From the NCBI GenBank assembly GCA_020440645.1, contig JAGRNR010000007.1:7366-71365 (forward strand): 64,000 nucleotides of DNA, written 5' to 3'. This DNA comes from a bacterium. Lineage in GTDB: Bacteria > 4484-113 > JAFGCY01. Below are positions 19,891 to 27,870 of this stretch, in pieces (within the stretch, counting starts at the first letter, position 1; each line of letters starts with the position of its first letter). Both the position numbers and the translations under genes were made by a program. A model generated the notes under the pieces. It saw nothing but the letters and a program-made list of their open reading frames with translations, made no database searches and was not told the DNA's origin.

Positions 19891-21018
19891 ATGCGTACTG
19901 CCTCAACGAAGGCTGCACTGACAGCAGCTGGCAACGCTGTATTGGCACTGATGATCGCCCTGATGTTGTTCGCGGTTGTCACGAAGGGCATGGTGCCATC
20001 CATCTCCGCGCGCCAGACTTACCGCCAGCAGAATGTAAAGGACAACATCAACCAGATCCAGCTGGCGATCGAGCGCTATGCAACAGATCAGGATGGAGTG
20101 TATCCATACTTCCTGTACGGCGGGGAGCTCAACTGCAACCTGGGTACGGTGAATGGTGTCAACACCGCGTACCAGCATTCCGGCTACCCGGGAGGCAGGA
20201 TCATCCAGCCCTTCGATCCGGCAAATCTGGCACCGGGCAGGGCCGGGTATGGGGGAGCGAGCTGGTCCGACCTGGCAGCTGGCAGGGGAGATCATGCGTA
20301 TGGCGATGCCCTGCAGGCCGGTGGTTACCTGCCGCAGTATCCACGCAACCCCTTCCAGGCGACAGGTGGTAATCGCTTCGGGCTATCAGCCCTCAAGACC
20401 ACGGCATACGACCAGGCCTGCTTCGGTGGCCGTTCAGGGGTACTGAGCTGGAACCTGGCCTGGTTTGGTGAAGCTCCGCAGTTGATGGACATGCAGAGCA
20501 ACGACCCCCGGACGGTGCGCATTGATTTTCCCGTCAGCTTTGCTTACATTCCAGTCTGGTCAGACGAGGCTACCAATAATGGTCACATTGGTTATCAGAT
20601 CAGTGAGACTGGCGTCGCAACCACGTTTCCACCTGAGATCGTCCCTCCACTTGGACAACAGGATGCGGCAAATGTAGCAAGCCTGGATGTTGCAGGATAT
20701 GACCTGCTTGGATTCGGGTCGGACAGGGACAAGGGGGACTGCATGGATGACTCCATTCTCGATAGGCAGGGCAGGCATATCTGGCGCAGTGGATATCTCG
20801 GAGACAGGGCCGGCCGCAATCCCTGGGTCACATCCGGTTTGTGGAATGGAACGGCAGTGGCCGACTTCGATCCCAGGCCATTCAGCGACGGAGTGGATGA
20901 CTTCGTGGTCATCCATGTGGGTACCGGGATGGACAAGCGCGTTGCCAATCCCGCAACTGCCACGCCGCAGGATCGAGATGCCGGCACCCAAGCGGACAAG
21001 ACCGCCAGCGGCGGTTAA
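19891..21018 (+). CDS. Pilin-like paralogue 2 with degenerate N-terminus (no F-T-L-I-E motif)
   Basis: ORF from 19813. ATG 19891 is preferred (GAGAGGA SD). N-terminus MRTASTKAALTAAGNAVLALMIALMLFAVV. The rest aligns with paralogues 1 and 3 (QLAIERYATD, YPRNPFQ, ACFGG, WNLAWFGEAPQ, LDVAGYDL, RPFSDGVDDFVVIHVGTGMDK). Confidence 0.8.
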   Translation: MRTASTKAALTAAGNAVLALMIALMLFAVVTKGMVPSISARQTYRQQNVKDNINQIQLAIERYATDQDGVYPYFLYGGELNCNLGTVNGVNTAYQHSGYPGGRIIQPFDPANLAPGRAGYGGASWSDLAAGRGDHAYGDALQAGGYLPQYPRNPFQATGGNRFGLSALKTTAYDQACFGGRSGVLSWNLAWFGEAPQLMDMQSNDPRTVRIDFPVSFAYIPVWSDEATNNGHIGYQISETGVATTFPPEIVPPLGQQDAANVASLDVAGYDLLGFGSDRDKGDCMDDSILDRQGRHIWRSGYLGDRAGRNPWVTSGLWNGTAVADFDPRPFSDGVDDFVVIHVGTGMDKRVANPATATPQDRDAGTQADKTASGG

Positions 21019-21238
21019 GAATCGGTTAACTTTAGTTTGCCCGGAGTTGCCAAGATGAAGCAGTTGATCGTCGGAGCCCTTTATGGATCAGTCCTGAGGA
21101 TGTTTAGGGCAGATGGACAAAAACGGAAAAATGATGGGGAAATATTGGAAATTTCTATAGGCACCTGTAACGTTTGCCCCTCTGTGGCGTCTAGTTATCG
21201 GTGGTGTAAATCCGCTCAAAGCCTTGTTAAATCCTAGT

Positions 21239-21267
21239 TTGACAAAGCATAGGCGGATAGTTATACT
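21239..21267 (+). promoter_or_regulatory. Near-consensus sigma70 promoter for pilin-like gene 3
   Basis: TTGACA (21239-21244), 17-nt spacer, TATACT (21262-21267). This gives a roughly 60-nt leader ending in AGGAGG (21321-21326), 8 nt before TTG 21335. Confidence 0.65.
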
Positions 21268-21334
21268 CCTTTGGCTTACAAGTGTTAATTGCTGTGGCTT
21301 CCCGTAATCCATACCAGAATAGGAGGTTAGCGTC

Positions 21335-22399
21335 TTGAAGACTAAAGGCTTCACGCTGATCGAACTTCTAGTCGTAGTCGTGATTATCGGCATCCTGGTC
21401 GCTATCGCGCTCCCGAACTTTATCAAGATCAAGGATAAGGCTCGTGAGGCGGAGGTTAAGCAGAACCTTCATGCGATCCAGCTGGCGATTGAGCGCTACG
21501 CTACCGATTATGACGGTATTTACCCCTACTACCTGTACGGCGGTGAGTCCCTGTTCAACATCGGTACCATCAACGGCGTGAATGGCTCGCACCAGTGGCG
21601 TGCCTACACGACCGGCCAGATTGTGCAGCCGTTCGACATGTTCTGGCTGAACACTGACACCTGGGATTACAATGACACTGCGTGGGGCAACCTGACCCAG
21701 CAGACTGACATTGAGTCCGGCTTCGGCGACACCATCGAGTACGAAGGTTACATGCCGAAGTTCCCCCGTAACCCCTTCCAGGTCGGCAGCTCCAGCAAGG
21801 TGTTTGGTATCGACGCTCTGTCCACCAACTACCAGGACCATGCCTGCTTCGGCGGTTACGATGGAGACCTGATGTGGAACATCGCGTGGTTCTCTGAGGG
21901 CCCGCAGTACATGTTCTTCAGCGCCCCGGACTACGAGCCGGTCCGCACTGAGTATCAGGGTAACTTCGCCTATCACGCTCGTTGGAGCGATGAGACCACC
22001 AACCACGGTCACTTCCTGTATCAGGTGCCTTATCACAGCGACGCCACCACCATGCCGCCGGAGATGACTCCGCCGCTTGGCAACGCTGACGTCCAGAACG
22101 TGGCAAGCCTTGATGTCGCCGGTTACGACCTGACTGCCCTCGGTTCCGAGCGCACGAAGGGCCAGGACCTTGACGACAGCATGGAAGACTCGGTTGGTGC
22201 CCAGTACTGGCGTACCGGTTACCTCACCCTTGGCCAGGAGCGCAACCCCTGGACCACTTCGGGTATGTGGGGTAACACCACCCAGGTCGATGACTATGAT
22301 GAGCGTCCCTTCTCGGATGGTATCCCTGACTTCCTCATCATCCATCTCGGATCTGGCATGGACAAGAAGGTCGGCAGCGACAACAGTCTTGCCGGCTGA
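21335..22399 (+). CDS. Large type IV pilin-like protein, paralogue 3 (likely the major expressed copy)
   Basis: TTG start. MKTKG/FTLIELLVVVVIIGILVAIALPNF. 354 aa. Has its own strong promoter and SD. Confidence 0.85.
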   Translation: MKTKGFTLIELLVVVVIIGILVAIALPNFIKIKDKAREAEVKQNLHAIQLAIERYATDYDGIYPYYLYGGESLFNIGTINGVNGSHQWRAYTTGQIVQPFDMFWLNTDTWDYNDTAWGNLTQQTDIESGFGDTIEYEGYMPKFPRNPFQVGSSSKVFGIDALSTNYQDHACFGGYDGDLMWNIAWFSEGPQYMFFSAPDYEPVRTEYQGNFAYHARWSDETTNHGHFLYQVPYHSDATTMPPEMTPPLGNADVQNVASLDVAGYDLTALGSERTKGQDLDDSMEDSVGAQYWRTGYLTLGQERNPWTTSGMWGNTTQVDDYDERPFSDGIPDFLIIHLGSGMDKKVGSDNSLAG

Positions 22400-22461
22400 C
22401 CTGCCTTGATTTCGGGTTAGATGTCAAGTCAATTGGTTTCGGATCATCTATGGAGGATGCT

Positions 22462-23484
22462 ATGACAAAGAGAGGATTCACTCTGATCGAGCTGCTGGTG
22501 GTCATCGTGATCATCGGTATCCTCGTGGCGATTGCCCTTCCGAACTTCATCCGCATCAAGGATAAGGCGAAGGAAGCAGAGGTTAAGCAGAACCTGCACG
22601 CTATTCAGCTTGCACTCGAGCGTTATTCCGTTGACTCAGCCGGTAACATCTACCCGCTGATCATCAACGGTGGTGACTGGACTGACCAGGATGTCGTCTG
22701 GCAGAGCTGGGTCGACGATCAGGACAACCTGAGCGTCGATGATATCTCCAACCCGACCCGCCGCAACGAGTGGCGTGCCGCGGAAGAGGATGTCGGTGAC
22801 CCGCTGGTGATGGAGGCCTACATGCCTTCCTACCCCGGCAACCCGTTCGTCAAGAACAAAACCGACACCATCCTGCCCTTCATCCATCACTTCCCGTGGT
22901 CTGCTGGTGGTAACTATCCCGACCAGCGCTACGTCGGTGGTCGCCAGAGCGACAAGATGTGGGAGTGCTTCGGCCCCGCCGGACTGATCACTGTTCAGTC
23001 CTTCATGGGTGACGCATTCGTCCACCACATCTACAACAACCCGCCGTACGACTACGCCGGTGACATGTTCAAGGAGCCCAGCAACGTCGGTGGCGACTGG
23101 ACCGACCCGAGTGGTAACAAGTTCCTGACCGGTAACTTCAGCTACTACCCGCGCGCCGGCACCAACATCGCCTTCCCGATCACCGGTTCCGGTGACCCGG
23201 TCGGCTACAGCCTCTCCGGCTATGGTTCCGTCCGCACCAAGGGTCAGGACGTGTACAACCGTAACGGTGACTTCAAGGGTCGTTTCCGTACGAACTCCTG
23301 CGTCATTGACTGCGCCACGCCGATCTTCGGCTGGGACGTCGAGTGCCTGTGCAACACCGGCAACCCCGTCTCCCTGGACTTCAATGATGGTGGTTCTGAC
23401 ACCCTGAAGGATGGCGTCGTGATCGTTCTCGACTCCGGTATCGACAAGAAGTCAATGTCTGACGACATTAACGAGTCGGTATAG
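22462..23484 (+). CDS. Type IV pilin-like protein, paralogue 4 (divergent globular part)
   Basis: ORF from 22450. ATG 22462 is preferred (GGAGGA SD), giving MTKRG/FTLIELLVVIVIIGILVAIALPNF. Shares KAKEAEVKQNLHAIQLALERY, YPGNPF and a C-terminal DGVVIVLDSGIDKK block. Confidence 0.8.
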   Translation: MTKRGFTLIELLVVIVIIGILVAIALPNFIRIKDKAKEAEVKQNLHAIQLALERYSVDSAGNIYPLIINGGDWTDQDVVWQSWVDDQDNLSVDDISNPTRRNEWRAAEEDVGDPLVMEAYMPSYPGNPFVKNKTDTILPFIHHFPWSAGGNYPDQRYVGGRQSDKMWECFGPAGLITVQSFMGDAFVHHIYNNPPYDYAGDMFKEPSNVGGDWTDPSGNKFLTGNFSYYPRAGTNIAFPITGSGDPVGYSLSGYGSVRTKGQDVYNRNGDFKGRFRTNSCVIDCATPIFGWDVECLCNTGNPVSLDFNDGGSDTLKDGVVIVLDSGIDKKSMSDDINESV

Positions 23485-23531
23485 TCCTTGCTGAGTGCTG
23501 CAGGGAAACCTGCGGAACAACGCCTGAAACT

Positions 23532-23561
23532 CCCCCGGCCCATGGGCCGGGGGTTTTTTTT
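23532..23561 (+). terminator. Rho-independent terminator after the pilin-like array
   Basis: CCCCCGGCC-CATG-GGCCGGGGG hairpin followed by T8. Confidence 0.85.
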
Positions 23562-23582
23562 GCCTGGACGTCGCCACAAATG

Positions 23583-23605
23583 AAAAAGGCTCCCCGCAGG
23601 GAGCC
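23583..23605 (-). terminator. Rho-independent terminator after the aldolase gene
   Basis: GGCTCCC-CGCA-GGGAGCC hairpin. On the minus strand it is followed by TTTTT. Confidence 0.7.
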
Positions 23606-23648
23606 TCTTCATTTCGTGAACTGTCCGGGATCTGTTCTCCCGGCCTGC

Positions 23649-24557
23649 TCAGCTGTCGCCAAACTCGCGCATGATCTCCTTCACCTTCTCGGTGATCTCC
23701 AGCGCCTGTTCCATCGGGCGCTGCCACATGTTGCGGCCGAAGATCAGGCCGGTAGCGCCTCCCTCGAAGCTCATGCGGACCTTTGCCAGCATGTCGTCAT
23801 CACCGAGCTTGCTGCCGCCACTGACAAGCACGAAGGCCCGGCCGGCGCTCTGCACGATCTGGCGGAAGGCCCCAAGCTGGTCAATCTGCATGCTGTTATA
23901 GGGTGCAGGGGAGTTAACATCCGTCGCCGGATTGATCTTCGGGATGTGCAGCTTGACGATGTCTGCCCCGAATTCCTCCGCGAGGCGGGCCCCGTAGTCA
24001 ACGGCGTAGAAGCTGTCGCGTCCACCTTTCTGCTCAATCGCCTCACCGCGCGGGTAGGCCCAGATGATCAGCGGCATGCCGAAGCGGTCGCAGTCCTGGC
24101 GCACTTCCATCAGCTGGCGGATCTCCTCCTCCTGCATCCCGCTGCCGACATACAGCGTGTAGCCGATGCCGTCAGCACCGAGATGGACGGCGTCTTCCAC
24201 CGTGGCTGTCAGCGGTGAGAAGGGCTCGTTGTCAGGGATGTTCGACTTGCCGTTGATCTTCAGCACCAGCGGCACGTCGCCCGCCACCTCGCGCAGGTAG
24301 TTGCGGGCCAGACCGATGTGCACGGCGATCGCGCTGAAGCCGCCGCGGCGGGCCAGCTCGAACTGGTAGGCCGGGAACTTGCAGTCCTCGTGGCTGAAGA
24401 AATCCATCGGGCCATGCTCGATGCCCTGGTCCAGCGGCAGGATCAGAAGCGTGCCGTTGCCGGGGCCGTGTTCGTACAGCATGCGGTGCAACCGTACGCG
24501 CTTGCCGAGCGGCTTGTCTAGTTCAGAGAGTTTCGGCCGTTTGTAGAAGCCTGACAT
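23649..24557 (-). CDS. Class I fructose-bisphosphate aldolase family protein (DhnA/FbaB, archaeal type)
   Basis: ORF to 24614. ATG 24557 is preferred (GGAGGAGA SD). Motifs LILPLDQGIEHGP, VLKINGKSN and ADIVKLHIP (Schiff-base Lys context). Confidence 0.8.
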   Translation of the reverse strand: MSGFYKRPKLSELDKPLGKRVRLHRMLYEHGPGNGTLLILPLDQGIEHGPMDFFSHEDCKFPAYQFELARRGGFSAIAVHIGLARNYLREVAGDVPLVLKINGKSNIPDNEPFSPLTATVEDAVHLGADGIGYTLYVGSGMQEEEIRQLMEVRQDCDRFGMPLIIWAYPRGEAIEQKGGRDSFYAVDYGARLAEEFGADIVKLHIPKINPATDVNSPAPYNSMQIDQLGAFRQIVQSAGRAFVLVSGGSKLGDDDMLAKVRMSFEGGATGLIFGRNMWQRPMEQALEITEKVKEIMREFGDS

Positions 24558-24645
24558 TGTCTCCTCCATGGAGAAAAGTAGCGCAATGATACTTCCAGAT
24601 GGTGCACAGGGCAAGCGCCGGTCTGGGACACGCTATACTGGTGCG

Positions 24646-24897
24646 ATGCAGGATCAGGAAGGCACGCAGGCTGATGTTCTGAGGCGCCTGCGCCGGATCG
24701 AGGGCCAGGTCCGGGGCTTGCAGAGGATGGTGGAGGAGGGTGAACCCTGCAGGGATGTACTGTCCCAGTTCAAGGCCACCCGCACTGCACTTGACTCAGC
24801 CGGCAGGCTGCTGCTGACCGAATTCCTTGCGCAATCGATCATCAGAGGCAATGGGAAGATTGACAGCGAAACGCTTGAAACATTCCTGCGCTTCTGA
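24646..24897 (+). CDS. CsoR/RcnR/FrmR-family (DUF156) transcriptional repressor
   Basis: VLRRLRRIEGQVRGLQRMVEEGEPCRDVLSQFKATRTAL. ATG 24646 is preferred because TATACT (24634-24639) lies exactly 6 nt upstream. Confidence 0.75.
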   Translation: MQDQEGTQADVLRRLRRIEGQVRGLQRMVEEGEPCRDVLSQFKATRTALDSAGRLLLTEFLAQSIIRGNGKIDSETLETFLRF

Positions 24898-24951
24898 AGC
24901 GTAACAAAATCGCGCAGCATTGCGTCAGAAAACAGCAGGGAATCGGGAGAA

Positions 24952-25028
24952 TGGTGGGTCGCGCTGGAATCGAACCAGCGACCTCATCCTTATCAGGGAT
25001 GCGCTCTAACCAACTGAGCTAGCGACCC
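24952..25028 (-). tRNA. tRNA-Ile(GAU): tRNA-Ile, anticodon GAU, CCA encoded
   Basis: The reverse complement GGGTCGCTAGCTCAGTTGGTTAGAGCGCATCCCTGATAAGGATGAGGTCGCTGGTTCGATTCCAGCGCGACCCACCA folds as a full cloverleaf: 7-bp acceptor stem, GCTC/GAGC D stem, CATCC/GGATG anticodon stem, loop CTGATAA and a TTCGATT T loop. Confidence 0.97.
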
Positions 25029-25142
25029 AATGAGGAAGAGAAGTATAGCCCCGGGATCAGCCGATGTCAATGGCGGCATCGGCTGAGTGGCATCTGGCCT
25101 CCACTCTCGTGACCGCTGACAGGTAACAGAGACTAAACAGAC

Positions 25143-26591
25143 ATGAAAACCTTCATCCGAATTGCTATCAACCTCGTCGTGATCGGCGGCCTTGGCTTCC
25201 TGGCATGGAAGTTCATCTCGCCGCTGTTCGCCCCCGAGGAGGTCGAAACCGACATCCAGACCACGGCTGTGTCCCGCGGGGACCTGCGCAAGATCGTGCC
25301 GGCGGACGGTGTCGTCGAACCTTCCGTACTGGTCGAGGTGAAGAGCAAGGCCAGCGGCCTTGTTGAGGCGATCTTTGTCGAGCCGGGTGATGAGGTGACC
25401 CTTGGCACCCCGATTGCCGAGCTGGACAAGGAGCAGATCGTCCAGAGCATCAAGGAGAGCGAGGCCCGCCTGCTGCGTTCGCAGGCACAGCTGAAAAAGA
25501 CCAAGCGCAAGTTGACTGTCGAGGCCCGCAGTCGTCTGGAAAATGATGTCGAAAGCGCCCGAATCAGTTTCGAGAATGCCCAGTCTGACTATGACCGCAT
25601 CCTCGGCTTGTATGAGCATGAACCTAAGTATGCGACGGATGCGGAAATGCAGTCCGCGGAACAGAGCCTGGACCAGGCAAAGCTGCGTTACGAAGAGTCA
25701 CAGCGCCAGCTGCAGATGGGTCTGGAAGGTGGTGACGTTGACGACATCGCAATTGCTGAAGCGGATGTGGAAGCCAGCCAGGCCGATACGGACCGCCTCA
25801 AGGAAGAGCTGGGTTACACCACCATCACCAGTCCGCAGAGCGGCACCGTGCTGACAAGGCCGGTTGAGATCGGTTCAGCGGTTGCCAGTGCGACCTCAGG
25901 AAACACATCCGGCACCGTGATTGCCACAGTTGCTGACCTGTCAACGATCTACGTCAAGGCCCGCATTGAGGAGACAGACCTCGGAACCATCAAGGTAGGT
26001 GGTCCCTGCCGGATCACGTTTGACACCTACTCCGGCTGGGTCTGGCAGGGCGAGATCAAGAAGATCTACCCGCAGGGCGAGACCGGCGGAGGAAACACCG
26101 GCACCCGCTTCCCGGTTGACATCGCGATTGACCTCAACAGCGCCACGATGGAAGGCGGTGGCTTCGGCGGCCGCATGGGTGGAGGTGGTGGAGGCAACTG
26201 GGGTGGCCGTCGCGGCGGCGGCGGTGGCGGCGGAGGAGCTGGCCGCAGGCCCGGAGGCGGGCAGGGTGGTGCTCCTGACGGTGGTGCAAGTGGCCAGGAA
26301 AAGCCGGCGGAAGAGGCTAAGCCTGAACCGCAGAAGCCCAAGCTCTACCCGAACATGACCGCCAACGTGGAGATCGTGCTGGAGGACCACCCCAGCGTGC
26401 TGATCCTGCCGGCGCAGTACATACAGTACGAGGAAGGCAAGCCCTACGTCGAAGTGTCCGCTGACGCTGACAGCACCGACGTGCGGGAACGTGTTGACAT
26501 CGAGCTGGGCTTCTTCGATGGCCTGCGCTATGAGGTGACGAGCGGGCTCGAGGAAGGGGACACCGTAGTGCTTGAGAGAACCATTGAATAG
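25143..26591 (+). CDS. Periplasmic adaptor (membrane fusion protein, MacA/HlyD family) with a Gly/Arg-rich insert
   Basis: N-terminal TM segment, a biotinyl-lipoyl-like domain (VLVEVKSKASGLVEAIFVEPGDEV), long coiled coil and a beta-barrel domain. Low-complexity insert at 26151-26343. Confidence 0.85.
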   Translation: MKTFIRIAINLVVIGGLGFLAWKFISPLFAPEEVETDIQTTAVSRGDLRKIVPADGVVEPSVLVEVKSKASGLVEAIFVEPGDEVTLGTPIAELDKEQIVQSIKESEARLLRSQAQLKKTKRKLTVEARSRLENDVESARISFENAQSDYDRILGLYEHEPKYATDAEMQSAEQSLDQAKLRYEESQRQLQMGLEGGDVDDIAIAEADVEASQADTDRLKEELGYTTITSPQSGTVLTRPVEIGSAVASATSGNTSGTVIATVADLSTIYVKARIEETDLGTIKVGGPCRITFDTYSGWVWQGEIKKIYPQGETGGGNTGTRFPVDIAIDLNSATMEGGGFGGRMGGGGGGNWGGRRGGGGGGGGAGRRPGGGQGGAPDGGASGQEKPAEEAKPEPQKPKLYPNMTANVEIVLEDHPSVLILPAQYIQYEEGKPYVEVSADADSTDVRERVDIELGFFDGLRYEVTSGLEEGDTVVLERTIE

Positions 26592-26601
26592 GCGGTAGCA
26601 T

Positions 26602-27840
26602 TTGCTGTTCTGGGAGATCATCGTCGTAGCCATCCGCGGCATTCTCGCCAACAAGCTGCGTACCGGGCTGACGATGCTCGGCATCATAGTCGGGGTTGGC
26701 AGCGTGATCGTGCTGCTGGCCTACAGTGCCGGCACCCGCGAGGATATGCTGAAGGACTTCGAGCGCTGGGGTGCCAACCGGATGGGCTGCTGGATGGACC
26801 GCTGGAGCAGTGGAGTGCCGATCCCGCAGACGGAGAGCTTCACGCTGGATGATACCGCGGCGATCCGGGCCTCCTGTCCGAGCATTGACAAGGTGAGCGC
26901 CATCCAGGAACTCGAAGCCAATGTCTCGCGCAACACGATCGAGCTTGACGCCTACAGCGTGATTGCCATCGAGCCTGACTGGACAGCGATCTCCAACTAC
27001 CAGATAGACCAGGGACGTTTCTTCACCGACGATGAGAACCTGATGCGAGAACGCGTCTGCGTGCTGGCCAGCATGACGAAGGAAGCGCTGTTCTTCAGTG
27101 CACCGGCGGTGGATGAGTTCATCACGATAGATGGCAAGCGCTTCAAGGTGGTTGGCACATACAAGCCCGTGGGCAACAGCCGCTGGGAATCGCATGACGA
27201 GCGGGTGCTGATCCCGATCGGCACGGCGATGGACCGCGTCAGCGGAGTGAACGGCATCGGTTCGCTGAATTTCCGCCTGCATGATCCGTCCATGAGCGAG
27301 CGCGCGGAGGAGGAGGTGCGCCGACTGCTGCATGAACGCCATCCCCGCGTACCGCTGCCGGACGAGGCCAAGGGACAGACGGAACCGTTCCGCTTCTGGA
27401 ACGCTGCCGAGTGGCAGGCCCGTCGGGAGGAATCCGCCCGCACGCTAACGATCTTCCTCGGGGTGGTCGGCTTCACTTCGCTCCTGATCGGCGGTGTCGG
27501 CGTGATGAACATCATGCTCGTGACTGTGCAGGAGCGCACCCGTGAGATCGGCCTGCGCAAGGCACTGGGAGCGACATTCTCCAGCGTGATGAACCAGTTC
27601 CTGCTGGAGTCGATCGTGATCTGCCTGCTGGGAGGCCTGATCGGGACTGGCATCGCCGTGCTGGCCTGCCGGATGATCGCGCGCCTGCCGGAGGAAAGCC
27701 AGATCCCGCCTCCGATCGTCACACCAATGGCAATTTTCGTTGCTGCGAGCGTAACCGTAGCAATCGGCCTGTTCTTCGGCGTCTATCCTGCTATGAGGGC
27801 AGCCGGCCAGGATCCGATCCGGGCGCTGCGCTTCCAGTAA
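26602..27840 (+). CDS. MacB/FtsX-type ABC transporter permease 1 (no ATPase domain)
   Basis: TTG start. N-terminal TM, large periplasmic domain, C-terminal FtsX block (VMNIMLVTVQERTREIGLRKALGA). Confidence 0.85.
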   Translation: MLFWEIIVVAIRGILANKLRTGLTMLGIIVGVGSVIVLLAYSAGTREDMLKDFERWGANRMGCWMDRWSSGVPIPQTESFTLDDTAAIRASCPSIDKVSAIQELEANVSRNTIELDAYSVIAIEPDWTAISNYQIDQGRFFTDDENLMRERVCVLASMTKEALFFSAPAVDEFITIDGKRFKVVGTYKPVGNSRWESHDERVLIPIGTAMDRVSGVNGIGSLNFRLHDPSMSERAEEEVRRLLHERHPRVPLPDEAKGQTEPFRFWNAAEWQARREESARTLTIFLGVVGFTSLLIGGVGVMNIMLVTVQERTREIGLRKALGATFSSVMNQFLLESIVICLLGGLIGTGIAVLACRMIARLPEESQIPPPIVTPMAIFVAASVTVAIGLFFGVYPAMRAAGQDPIRALRFQ

Positions 27841-27870
27841 GGTAGCCGGCGGTCCGGTACAGGTTGGAGA

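Noticed and set aside
21160-21185. A sigma54-type promoter (GGCAC...TTGC) upstream of pilin-like gene 3, as in many type IV pilin genes.
   Set aside because: In aGGCACctgtaacgtTTGCc the GG-to-GC distance is about 4 nt longer than the -24/-12 consensus spacing. A near-consensus sigma70 promoter lies just downstream.
24952-25028. tRNA-Ile considered as an integration site for a mobile element carrying the adaptor/permease operon.
   Set aside because: No integrase, no duplicated tRNA 3' end and no obvious GC shift are visible on either side.
26151-26260. The GGN-rich DNA tract considered as a tandem repeat, CRISPR-like array or assembly artefact.
   Set aside because: There is no regular repeat unit or spacer structure. 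It is an in-frame run of varied Gly/Arg codons inside a continuous adaptor ORF. An assembly error cannot be excluded without reads.
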